A DNA stretch of 64,000 nt, taken from positions 79,061,338 to 79,125,337 of the forward strand of contig NC_068988.1 of assembly GCF_001194135.2 (NCBI RefSeq), in the 5' to 3' direction. This DNA comes from Octopus bimaculoides (taxonomy: Eukaryota). Both the position numbers and the translations under genes were made by a program. The notes below the pieces were generated by a model. It was not told the origin of the DNA. It did no database searches and worked only from the letters and a program-made list of their open reading frames with translations. The first letter of the stretch is position 1. Every line of letters begins with the position of its first letter. Positions 52,280 through 64,000 of this stretch are shown piece after piece.

Positions 52280-55200
52280 GACTTTTTGATACCTTTGTGG
52301 TAACTTTTGAAATTTTTTTGAAAATTTTTCTTGTCGTCTTCGACAAGTTGTTATGAGATTTGTCTTAGCGTCAAGAAAATACTTTCCCGTGATGGGAAAA
52401 GGTAGTAACGAGGAAACTGAAGGCGTAAAGGAAAAACAATCGTTTTCAGACGCAGTGGGCAGTACCGTCACAGAGTTAGAGGTGCAACAGGACCAGCTGC
52501 TTAAGGTCCGGGAGTTAATTAAGTAAAGTGGCAATGAAATTAAACTGGTGCCACCACAAGAAAAGATTCAGGAATGATATGCTAAAACAGTAGTGTACAA
52601 GGTGTATAACCTAAAAGAATAGAAAATTATGGACATGGAAAACGAAATAGTTGAGAAATGTTTGTCAAATTCGCTACGTCAGTCGAGGTGCCAGGAGCGC
52701 AACTATCGAAGCTCAATTTGACTCGGCTGACGTAGCGAAAGTGATATCTACGCAAATGCTAAAACATAATGAAATTATGCTGCTATCCACTTACTTGGGA
52801 AGAAGGACAGCTAAAGTGAACATGGAGGATATCCTAAGAGATTACGATGTAATGTGGGTAGCAGCAGCAGTGTTGTATGACGTCGAACAAAAGATCTCAA
52901 TGCTGCAGATGAAAAAAGAAAGAGGCCGTTAATTGGATGGGCCAAACCCTCGAGTTGCTAGTACAGGCCGAAAATAATGTACTAGAAAATTTGCCAGATA
53001 GGGTGTTTATTGAAGAGGGGCTATCCATGCGGATAGCAGTGGAGGGACGTAGGCCCAGGTGTTTTAAATGCGGTGAAATGGGTAACGTTCGCTCCAACTG
53101 TGTTTAAAAAAAGAAGGCTAGCGAAGCCCCTCCTCAGAGCACAGAGAAAGAGAAGGTGAAAACAAGCACAACAATAGCAGCAAAAGAAAAAAAGGAAACC
53201 GGGAACTAAAATGATGACAACGCACAGGAAGAAATGGAATTTACACATGTGATATACAAAAGAAAGAAAGCAGATACCCTGGACTTGCCACCCCAAACAA
53301 AAAAATTAAACACAGAAGACACACAACAGAAAGAATTTCCCAGTCCTGTCCCTCAGGCACTGTGTTCGTAGGAACACAGTTCGCCCAACCCCTCCCCACA
53401 AAACAAGACAAAAATTTTTTTATTAAAAATTTGAAAAGAAGGATTAAAAAGTTTATAGATACGTTAACCATTCAAAAATTAAACTGTTCAGAAAAACAAT
53501 ACACAAAGTCGGACGTTAGATTTGCAAAGGTAAATGAGGAGTGGAAGGAGAAAATCCTTCAAGAACATTTAAAAAATAATTTGATAAAAGACGTTACGAT
53601 GGAAGTGATGAAGGGAAAACTAATAATAACCCCGGCAGCCACACCTACCCAGAGCCCGGTGGCAACGCCGGTAAAAAGTCCTGCAGCTTCGGTAACAGAG
53701 GGGTAAGACGGAGAAGCAGGCAGACACACACTGCAATGCTCCCTACCCCTTTCTATCAATGATTAAGTTGGGCTGTGTGAATGTGCGTGGAATGGGGTCA
53801 AAATGGAAACAAATTTGTTTCCTGCATGACCTCACGACATACGGAGTGGATGTGGCTATTGTAACTGAGTCTAAGATGAGCGGGGCCCAAGCGTTGTCGC
53901 CCCTTCTTATCATGAAGACCTTGGACTTGCACTGAACCCAGAAGGTAGGCTGGTCGTTCTGGATGTGACTCCCGTAAATAAACAGTCCTTCAGGTTGGTA
54001 CCTGTCACAGCTCTGAACAAGGATGGGCAGTCGGGTTTTTTTCGAGACCTAGAGCACGTTGTAGTGACGTCAAAAACGATAGTTTTAGTAGAGGACTCGA
54101 TGCGCGGGTGTTGGCTCAACTAATAGGAAAGGGAATCCTAGCCTCAAGGGTCAACTAGAGAGCTTTAATCTAGTAGACCGTTACCGACTGGATGAGCCGA
54201 ACGTTCCACAGTAGACGTGGAGTAACAACGATGGCTCAAACAGGTCGTACATAGATAGGGTATTCTTTAGGAAAAGAGATAAGGAAACGTTTAGTTGTTC
54301 ACGGTTTCACATTTTTCCTCTACGCAGATAACAAATTTGTGATGTGTGAGGTTCAATCAGATAAGTGTCATAGACAGGGACCCAGGTACTGGAAGATGAA
54401 CAAGTCTATTTTGACTTCAGAAGCCTTCCGTACCCGGACATTATGTGGTACCATCATTAACAACAGATGGTGGCACGCCCTCAAAAGAGCCATCCGTTCG
54501 GAGTCCATTAGACTTAGCAATCAGCTAAGTTTAGATAGAACTGGATTAGATGGCGATTTAGTTGAGAATTTAGACGAGATAATGGAATCTGGCTCTGCAT
54601 CCGGAGTGCTGGCGGTGAGAATGGTCTTGTACCGTCACCTCAACTCCAAGCACGAAGGTTGCAGAGTTAGAGCTAAGTTACGTGCAAGGAAACGAGAGGG
54701 CATTAACGTTGCCGGATGGGCACGTCGTGCAGAGAGTCAGAGAGGTAAAAACGCCTCTATAAAGTTTTTAACGGACGAGCAGGGGCGCAAGATCTATGGA
54801 CAGGAGGAGATGCAAAAAGTCTTCCATCAGCATTTCACTCGCTTGTTTGGAGGAAGCGGTTCGACAGACAGAGCGAGGGAAGGCCTTAAAGGACTTCCTA
54901 GCCGATGGACCGCGGCTTTCAACACGTGAGGCGGGATGCTGTGAAGGACTGATTACTCCCGCGGAATTTAAAGAGGTGCTGGCCGAGTGCAACAGGAAGA
55001 ATTTGCTGGTGTTGGATGGTCTGCCCTATGAGTTCTATCAGTGTATGCCGGACTTGTTCGGGACGTACTGGCTAACGTCTATACAAACTGTCAACAGAAA
55101 GGGAGAATTCCCAGTTCTGTGAGCCGGGTAGTGGTGACTTTGGTCCAGAAAGACCCGAGCAAGTAATTATAGGCCCATAACTCTACTTAATGTAGAGTTA

Positions 55201-56330
55201 AAGATTTTGGCCGAAGTATTAGCAAAAAGGTTTACGGCTATCGTGGAGAAGCTTGTAGGGAAAGCACAGACATGTGCAAATCAGGAAGGGCGGAGGTGGT
55301 ACAGGTGTTCATTGTATCTGTAATCACTTACCGCCTGACAGTTGTCCCTAACCCCGATTCATGGCTAAACAAGTTGGAACGACTTCTTTTCTGCTTTTTG
55401 TGGAAAAGAGGAAAGCCACTTGTGAGGCGCTCTATCTGCTGCCAGGAACCGTTAAAGGGTGAGTTAGGAATGCTTTGGCTAATGATGCGCAGGCATGCGT
55501 TAAGGCTGAGACATCCCTGGCGCCACCTGGAGGGTGATAAGATGTGGAGTCCCTGGAAGAGGAATTCTTCCCGTGACCGGCCTCTATGAAGAGATTCAAA
55601 CCCGGTTTCATTAAAAGACGTAACCTGACCTTATGACAAAAGGAGTGCCGACAGGCACACACGCTGATCCACTAGACGGGCAAGGCCGGCAGCGGGAATA
55701 CCACCTCGGTATTCTATAGAGGGCTGGTAGAGGCTAAAAATGATGACGACCTAGGAGGGGCTCTGGGGTTCGATGAGAACCAGCTTACCAACCTGTTTGA
55801 AAATACTTTCAGGCTGGGGTATTTGGATAATTACCAAAACTTCCTGAACTGGCAGTGTTATAGGAATGCTCTACCTGTTCGCGATAAGTTATCAAGGCAC
55901 GGAATATCAGTGTCACCGATATGTCCAAAATGCGGGCTGGACAACGAGACCGTTCAGCACGCTTTTGTACATTTTCGGGAGCTGTCAGGCTTGATAAGTT
56001 ACGTACAACACGTGTTGTCGCATCTGGGACGAGTACAGTTGTTGGTTGGATCTATGATTAAGATGGTATCGCCGGGTAGATCTATGATTAAGATGGTATC
56101 ACCAACTGGACTCTCGATAGGGAGGAATCGTGACAGGGTCCTTCGTCTCCGGCTCCGGATTGCTGACCTACTTCAGATACCAGGACTCTGCCGCGGAGCG
56201 TGTATGAGAAAAGATGGAAGGGAAGTGATGAAAAAAGTGGGTGTCAGGAACCCAGCTTGATTATTGATGGAGGAAGAATGGATAGCTGTGGGGCCTTACA
56301 GGTTGCCGGGTAGGTAGATAGAACTTGGAT
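52280..56330 (+). mobile_element. Near full-length but degenerate Tx1-clade LINE (ORF1 with zinc knuckle; ORF2 APE endonuclease, RT core deleted, C-terminal zinc finger)
   Basis: CFKCGEMGNVRSNC (53060-53101); ORF2 start MIKLGCVNVRG at 53759; GRLVVLD, YIDRV, GPRYWKMN, DGLPYEFY, NYRPITLLN, RLTVVP, ALPVRDKL, CPKCGLDNETVQHAF. Confidence 0.92.
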
Positions 56331-56501
56331 TTAATCGATTGTTTAATTGATTCATTTTATAACATAAGGAATATCCAAAGTTATCGAATTATTTAAAATC
56401 TTGAAATTTTTAGACGAACTCATTTGACATTTTGGGTGTAATGTTGTGTCCTGCATTGTCCTATTCCATGTATGATTTTTATAATCTTAATAAAAAATTC
56501 A

Positions 56502-56704
56502 AGAGCCGAACAATCGAGCAGTCTTAATGGAAGAGGCTACGGAAATTGCCGAAACTGACGCGTCAGTATTAAGAATTCTCGCTCGGCATTTTTCGGACGA
56601 TTATGATTCCTATTAGTGTATATTTCCATTCATGTGCATTAACTACAGCATTAGAGGAGTTTAGCTCTTATTCTAATAATGTGGGTGTTTCCTATCACCC
56701 TAGT
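56502..56704 (+). repeat. Hammerhead-bearing repeat unit, copy 2 (cut by (TA)n and a gap)
   Basis: Roughly 80% identical by eye to 51341-51526. Confidence 0.75.
56522..56574 (+). ncRNA. Type I hammerhead motif with a C3U4-to-UG core lesion
   Basis: TCTTAA-TGGAAGA-GGC(TACGGAAATT)GCC-GAAA-CTGACGCGTCAG-TA-TTAAGA; perfect 6-bp stem I and palindromic stem III. Confidence 0.65.
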
Positions 56705-57158
56705 TATATATATATATATATATATATNNNNNNNNNNNNNNNNNNNNNNNNNNNNNNNNNNNNNNNNNNNNNNNNNNNNNNNNNNNNNNNNNNNNNNNNN
56801 NNNNNNNNNNNNNNNNNNNNNNNNNNNNNNNNNNNNNNNNNNNNNNNNNNNNNNNNNNNNNNNNNNNNNNNNNNNNNNNNNNNNNNNNNNNNNNNNNNNN
56901 NNNNNNNNNNNNNNNNNNNNNNNNNNNNNNNNNNNNNNNNNNNNNNNNNNNNNNNNNNNNNNNNNNNNNNNNNNNNNNNNNNNNNNNNNNNNNNNNNNNN
57001 NNNNNNNNNNNNNNNNNNNNNNNNNNNNNNNNNNNNNNNNNNNNNNNNNNNNNNNNNNNNNNNNNNNNNNNNNNNNNNNNNNNNNNNNNNNNNNNNNNNN
57101 NNNNNNNNNNNNNNNNNNNNNNNNNNNNNNNNNNNNNNNNNNNNNNNNNNNNNNNNNN

Positions 57159-57199
<41 letters not shown>

Positions 57200-57399
57200 T
57201 CCGTTTATATATTTGTTTTGCAAGATTTTTGATGTGAAATCGTGTGTTGAAACAGATGTTGTTGTACTTGGGGATGGTCATATTGCCAGTTTAGCCAATA
57301 AAAACACACGCACTGTATATCTGGTGTTAATTTGCTTCAGCTTTATATTACATTACCTTACATTAATCCTATTTCGACCAGAATTCTTTCGTCACACTT

Positions 57400-57977
57400 C
57401 TGTTACCTCATCAGTGGTCCTTTGCTTTCTTCTTTCTTATGTGTGTCCCACCTTGCTAACTATCAGCCCGCTTTGTGCAGCTCCAAGTGAACAGTTGTTG
57501 TGGAAATTGGGATCTCGAGGTGGTCATTAAACTCTGCAGCAATTTTGGGAGCTGTACTTTTGTGATCCTTTCTAACAATTCACGTAAGAGTCGGATGGTC
57601 CTTATCTGAAAGCTTTGGTTTTCTTCTGGAGTTTTGTTTCGACGAGGAGGTTTTCCCCTCTTTCTCAAAGGGTGTCATTACTTTCGACACGGTACTTCTT
57701 GATACTTCAAACATTTCGGCTGTTTTCGCGATACTAGTGCCTGCCATACGAGCACCAACAATTTGACCTCTTTGAAAGTCCGATAGATCTGTCATTTTAA
57801 TGAATTTTAATAACCTCTTACTGATTATATATGAAATAGAGACAGCAATTTTAGCAAAACATATTAAGCAACACTAATAATAAATCAAAAAGCATAAAAA
57901 TAAACGAGCTTTTGACGGTTTTATAGATATTTCAAAATTATGATGCTAGGTGTTTCCATTGTTTTGTCCAACCCCTG
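57400..57977 (-). mobile_element. Tc1-like DNA transposon, 5' TIR and N-terminal transposase HTH
   Basis: The minus strand begins TA|CAGGGGTTGGACAAAACAATGGAAACACC at 57977; MTDLSDFQRGQIVGARMAGTSIAKTAEMFEVSRSTVSKV is a Tc1-type paired HTH; no second TIR seen. Confidence 0.85.
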
Positions 57978-58086
57978 TATATATGTATATATATATATAT
58001 ATATATATAGTTCAAATTCATAGGAAAACAAAAACAAAGTCAGGTGTACGAACAAAAAGCAGGTGTATTAGTTTGACACACTTTTA

Positions 58087-58123
<37 letters not shown>

Positions 58124-58297
58124 NNNNNNNNNNNNNNNNNNNNNNNNNNNNNNNNNNNNNNNNNNNNNNNNNNNNNNNNNNNNNNNNNNNNNNNNNNNNN
58201 NNNNNNNNNNNNNNNNNNNNNNNNNNNNNNNNNNNNNNNNNNNNNNNNNNNNNNNNNNNNNNNNNNNNNNNNNNNNNNNNNNNNNNNNNNNNGAGAA

Positions 58298-58362
<65 letters not shown>

Positions 58363-58964
58363 AAGAGAGAGAGGTGGGGAGAGTGAATAGATAGGAATGA
58401 ATTACGCAGGTGGGTACTGTTGCTGCACACTGAGTAATCTTAAATCGTATCCACAAAAGGGGCCATCTTTCTGGTTGTCATAAAGTTCCTCAAGGCCTCT
58501 AGTCCAAGGATGCGTTCTCCCTTGACCTCAGCCTTTTCTATCACTACTATAAGGGCTTCTATTCCTTGCAACTAGTTGGTGTTCTACCTTCTCTATTCAG
58601 GCACTCCCGACCCACGCGTCACATTTGCAGTGTATCCTCTCATCCCAGATCCTTCATAAGTATCTAAATTTAGTTCTTCTTTCCGAAAATATCAACCTCT
58701 GGATTTCGAGTCCTGCGCTTACATTTTTAAATTACGTTTCTAAAAATTTCCTCGGATTTTTTTGTTTTAAACACACTTGGAAATTCCTTTCAGAACGCCT
58801 CCCTTAACATTTCAAAAGGCCCGAAGATTCCTCATCCTCTACTCTATAGTGATGAAACAAATGCAACAGATTCTCGATACTATTATCACTCATGCAGTGT
58901 TTGCTTTCCATGAATCTAATGTTGGATGAAATAAATGAGTTCAAATGATTGGCGATCTTTATTA

Positions 58965-59357
58965 AATCCATTTGAGATCAAATACCTCCGCGGTCGAATT
59001 TGCCTTTCATAATTTAGGGATCAATAAAATAAGTGCCAGTTGAGCAAGGGGTTCGATGCAATCAACCTTAGCTCGTCCTCCGAAATGTCTGGCTTTGTGC
59101 CAATATTTGAAACCAATATTATTATTAGTAAGACGGCTGACTGGCAGGATCGTGAACATGCCGGGGAAAATGCTTAGCGGTATTTCATCTGCCTTTACGT
59201 TCTGAGTTCAAATTCCGCGGGGATCGACTCTGACCTTCATCATTTTGGGGTTCATAATATAAGTACCAGTTGAGCACTGGGGTCGATATAATCGACTTAC
59301 CCTCTTACCTGAAATTTCTGGCTTTGTGCCAAAATTGGAAGCCAATAATTTTATTAG
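58965..59357 (+). mobile_element. Two tandem SINE family B copies (5'-truncated, then full at 59129-59357)
   Basis: Both end ggctttgtgccaa...gaa.ccaata(t)tatta. Confidence 0.85.
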
Positions 59358-60259
59358 TGATTGTGGACATAATCTCTTGGTTAATTATTGCGAGAAGATG
59401 TGGTGTACTTTATTTGTTATAGACGCTTTTATATCGTTGACTAAGTTTAATCTACGCTTTGTTTATACACTAGATATGTTTTCATAATTGTTAACCAATT
59501 TTGTAGGGAAATGGATGGCAAAAGGCAAAGTCTGGTATGAAGCAAGATATAGAGTTACAATCTGTAAAATGCTGCACAATTTGCATGTTTAGTATTTACT
59601 CCCTGTCATTTACATTCTGTGTTCGAATTCTGTCAAATTCAAATCTGCTTTTCATCCTTCTATATGCCATAAATAAGGTACCAGTTAAATAGTAACGATA
59701 GGTATCATAATAGCGATAGGTGTCATAAACGTAACCACTACAAAAGGTGCTTTGTAGTAGTTACATTTATGAAGGGAAGTTGCGATGGAACTGGAGCACT
59801 AGTAAAATTGATTTGTGGTCAGTTTTACCTTTCATTCTTCAGGATTGACTTGAAAACTGGAATTATTATAATTGACTACATTCATGTCTATAACTTGCTG
59901 CTTACTATCGAGGAGGAAATCAATATTTAACACATTTTATCGACAGTTGAGTTGTAGAATCAGTACAGCTCTGAACAATATACACTGCAATATATAGTTA
60001 AGTTCCTTTACAATTTCAGTCAAAATCCCATTACGGTCACCTCTGTCTTTTATTCTTTCTAGGTCGATACTAGCTGAGTACTGGAGTCGATTTAAAATGA
60101 CACTTCTCCACGAAGTTGTGTGGCCACAAATTTGGGAGTTAAAGGTATATAAAACTAGTCTAGGGTTTGAGGGAATTATTTAACATCTATTTCAATAATT
60201 CTGTACTTAGTTTTAAATTATTCGTGTTGCTTTTATTTTTCTATACATTATTGAGTTAT

Positions 60260-60840
60260 GGATCAATGCAAAATGAAAAGCGAAAGAAATTAGAGGAGGA
60301 GACACAGAAACCATCGCACACCCACACACTCTAAACCAACACAGTTACAAACAACTCCAACACTACAAACACCAGTAACATTACAACCATCTCAACAAAC
60401 GAAAACACATAACAATCCAGACCAACAACATGAACAGCACTCCCAAGGGATCATCAATTAGACGTCCATAGACACAAAAACTCAATAAATCATATTCAAA
60501 AATACTCAGATTTTACTCTAAATGAATACATCGCACTTCTACACAACACTACTATTCACATGAAAATTATAAAAACAACGCAACAAACTGAAAGCAAAAT
60601 ATTCGAAAGGCGTGGGAGCTGTTCGCGGGACCATAAACAAATGACTCTACAAATATATGCTTGTGGAGACACTCACAAGTAGGCTATTTTCGGTGGATAT
60701 GAGATTTACTTACCTCCATTCCAACTGGGAATGGGAAAGGAATTGCATTATTGTTCCGGAAATGTCTGAAGTTCAAGATAAGGGCCAACATCCTGGATCC
60801 AAATGATAAGTCGGTGGTCCTGAATCTGAAGCGTAAGAGA
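60260..60840 (+). mobile_element. Decayed Tx1-like ORF1 tail / endonuclease junction
   Basis: C/A-rich low-complexity tail, then GNGKGIALLFRK...ILDPNDKSVVLNL. Confidence 0.55.
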
Positions 60841-60914
60841 TATTAAAACTCGGAGTAGAATTCAATTCTCAAAAGGGAAGAAGATAGGAGAGATTGATTT
60901 TAAAAACAGGAAAT

Positions 60915-60954
60915 GTGACTAAAGGTGACTAAAGGTGACTAAAGGTGACTAAAA
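60915..60954 (+). repeat. 10-bp tandem repeat (GTGACTAAAG) x4
   Basis: Direct inspection. Confidence 0.95.
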
Positions 60955-62443
60955 GTGGACTGACTCGGTCTGTGAACGATTGGCAGTTTATGATGGTAGC
61001 AGTTCACTGTGAGCCTTTGATATAGAGCGTTGAGTCTCGTGTAATAGTATATACCAATTTACATATTAAACATATTCCTGAAAACTGGTACGTATATATT
61101 AATGACTTGCAGGCACACGTTATGCAACCATATATTACCATGTATATACATACATACACACACTTAGTTACTCACTCACGTATAAGGATATATACATATG
61201 GTGGTCAAGTTCCTATGCGAAGTCTTCTAAAACGGCAGCTTGATTCGAATCCAGGCTTCGAAAATTTGTTTCCTTGTCTCACGGGCCTTTAACGTCCAAT
61301 CATCCGTCAAAATTCACCTTATAAAGTTAGTACTTGCCGAAATTCCAGGAAAGAAACTAGCTTCTTGAAAAAAGACTGTTCTCTTTACTTCTGCTTGTAT
61401 AGTGCTGTCTCCCTTCTCTCCTTCCCTCTCCCCCCCTCTCTCTCTCTTTGTTTCCAAAGTCTAACGTTGATGTCATATACTATTTTACCAACACGCATTA
61501 AATTTTTCAACAGCTATAATCCATGTCTCTACGATTAGCTCATTTTATCTTCTATGACTAGTTTCCCCTCTTATATCACCAAACAAAGACATTTCCAAAT
61601 ATTTATAGCCCAATTGTTACGTATAATGGAAAATATTCCTACATACTAGAAGCGTCACTAGATTAAAACCATTAACTAGACATGCTTAACGTATGCGCAT
61701 CGATGGAAAGCCAGAGGCTGCAGCGTTTGCAAAAGAAAGTGGAATAGGCCTGTGTGACATATACAATGGCAGTGTAAAAAGAATGCGCTGGTCTGAAATG
61801 ATGCTGCTATGGCTGAATTAAATTCGAATTATGCTCTAGATGAAAATCAGTATCTATACAACGTATATTGCAGTGTGCCAGGTTTTTTTTTTTATATGAA
61901 ATCGTTTGTTGAGTGAGATGTTGCTGAAGTCTGGTTGGGTCATTGTGCCAATACGACCTCACGTTTTGATTCTAGTTCACTTCTTTTTAAGATTATTATT
62001 CAACTGGTAAACTAATTAATTGATATATTTCTTGACTACTCGTTTGATTGACTAATTGAAAGTGTTGTTGATGCCAAGTGCACCAGCTTTGCTTTCACTG
62101 ACTGGAATATTGTTCCCTTTGACTAGAACCCACTGGTCAGTGATGTAAGACTGCCAATAGATCTGGCTATACGGAAACCATACTGGCCGTCATTAAGATG
62201 ACAGAGGGAAGTATTTGAGAGAGTGCACCAGGACGATGGTTGATATGCTTACAGTGATGGTATAATGAGGATATACTTATAGTGATTGTACAGTGACCAT
62301 ACTGTGATAATATACTGATAATGATATATACCTATGATCCTGGAATATCATGAAGGATGTCTGCAAATGAAAAGAAGCTCATGAAAAGTTCATTCAAGCA
62401 ACTATATAATTGTCTAAAAAGTGAAATAGGACCAGTACAAGTT

Positions 62444-63345
62444 TTAATTGGTAAAACGACCTCCCGAGCTACAACGCGCGCGCGCGCATAAACACAAGCA
62501 CATTAATACGCCTGTACGCCTGCATGTGCGTGTATGGTATGCACGCGCAACACGTAAGTATTTGCGTGTAGAAAGAAGAGTAGATTATTACAGAATCGTT
62601 TGAATATGTGTATTTACGTGTGTTTGTAAGTATATGGTGCTTAAGTATGTCGAATTTGTGTTTGCGTAATTATCACGATATATGACATGGCGATAAAGAA
62701 GGAAAAGAGTTGCATCAAACATTATTATTCAACCATAGAGTATCAACGATTAAGAGATTAAGAAAAAAATTATCAGAACCTATTTTGTTGAAATCTGACC
62801 TAATATCTTTCTGAAGTTCGTGAAATATACTCAGTAAATTACTTGGGTTACAGTTAAATTGAATGCTTTGTGCCATATTTCTTTCGTTTTGGTCTATATT
62901 TGTATGAGCATATGTAAAATGTATGTATGCGCGAGTTCATGGAAATTGTTTTGGTGTGTTCCTTAGAAGAAGAAATATGCTTACATAATTTAACAATGTT
63001 TTTAGACTCTGAAAAAACAATCGATGTTTCAAAATACAGCTTTTGTGTGCCCTCTTTTCAAGCGAAAAAACGATTTTGCAGTGAACCATAAATAATATTG
63101 ACCAGATCAACACATTTTGTTCTCTTGTGGAATGAGTTTTATAACGATACAAATGTAAATAGTAACCCTTCATTTAGGCATTGTTCTCAAATCAAATTAT
63201 TTTAATAGGTAAAAACGACCCTCCTAGGCTACAACACACACACACAAACACACACACACTCACACACACACATACACACGCACATACACACACAAGCACA
63301 CTCATACGCCTGTACGCGCGCGTGTGCGTGTGGTATGCGCAATAT
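62444..63345 (+). repeat. Diverged direct repeat pair (62444-62552 and 63201-63345)
   Basis: Shared ggtaaaacgacc.c...gctacaac and cacaagcaca.t.atacgcctgtacgc...gtgcgtgt..ggtatgc. Confidence 0.85.
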
Positions 63346-64000
63346 TTGTGAATTAAACTACCATCCGCTACTTATTTGATTAATACACGCTTACATAAAC
63401 ACACATAACCCACCTTTATTCATACATAAGCGTGCACGTGTGTAGTGTTTCAAAGAATTTACGTCAATAGTAGTAACTGGATATTCCTTGGTTATTTTGA
63501 AAACATCATTACAGGAAGAATTTTATAGAGAAAGGTAAATTAATATAATTGCTTTTGAAATTGTATTTTGTTTGAAATATTTGATTATTTAGATGATGTA
63601 AAAGTTCCAGTAAATAGTCGTGAATGTTCAATCTAGGTTGGCAACTCTTCTGGAAGCTTGAGTCCTTGTTATAAGTTTGTCAACTCTAACTTGAAAGTTG
63701 TAATCTATTATTTTTCACGTTAAGAAGTAAACTATCTTAACTATAAAACGAAATCGAAAACAGTCTGTTTATAATATTATTCTGCGATTGTCCAACAAAA
63801 TAGAAGTTGTGTCAGCCCTTATTTCTATAAAAGTTCATATTACTGGACTTGAAGCTTTAGTTCCAATAGACGAAGTATTGGAAGTTGCATTACTGAGCCG
63901 CTTTGTCACAAACGTCTCATTAATACAGATCTAGTTATGGTTCTACGAGTCTTAAAATGTGGCCTTGAGGTAATTAATACCGCTTGTGAAGGGATTTGGT

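Noticed and set aside
60915-60954. Short regular repeats as a CRISPR array
   Set aside because: No unique spacers and a eukaryotic context; simple tandem repeat.

Overview
Eukaryotic, AT-rich, repeat-dense genomic DNA with seven N-gaps, each flanked by microsatellite. The tRNA-headed SINE families match those I associate with octopus genomes (inference from memory, not a database hit). No host protein-coding gene could be assigned; most listed ORFs are microsatellite/N read-throughs or antisense frames of transposon remnants. The window holds five Tx1-clade LINE pieces (one with an uninterrupted ORF1 running off the left edge), about six R4/Dong-type LINE pieces associated with (TAA)n repeats, an RTE 3' end, Merlin, mariner and Tc1 remnants, and three SINE families. 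The most notable signal is a set of type I hammerhead ribozyme motifs: an apparently intact minimal one at 8684-8729 (-) in a Penelope-like terminal fragment, a decayed relative at 23519-23554 (-), and a pair at 51341-51393 and 56522-56574 (+) whose consensus is a canonical hammerhead inside a ~365-nt, apparently circularly permuted unit (retrozyme-like). Also unexplained: a ~950-bp element with long inverted repeats (41876-42832) and two overlapping open frames at 46215-46746. Boundaries of decayed elements are approximate.
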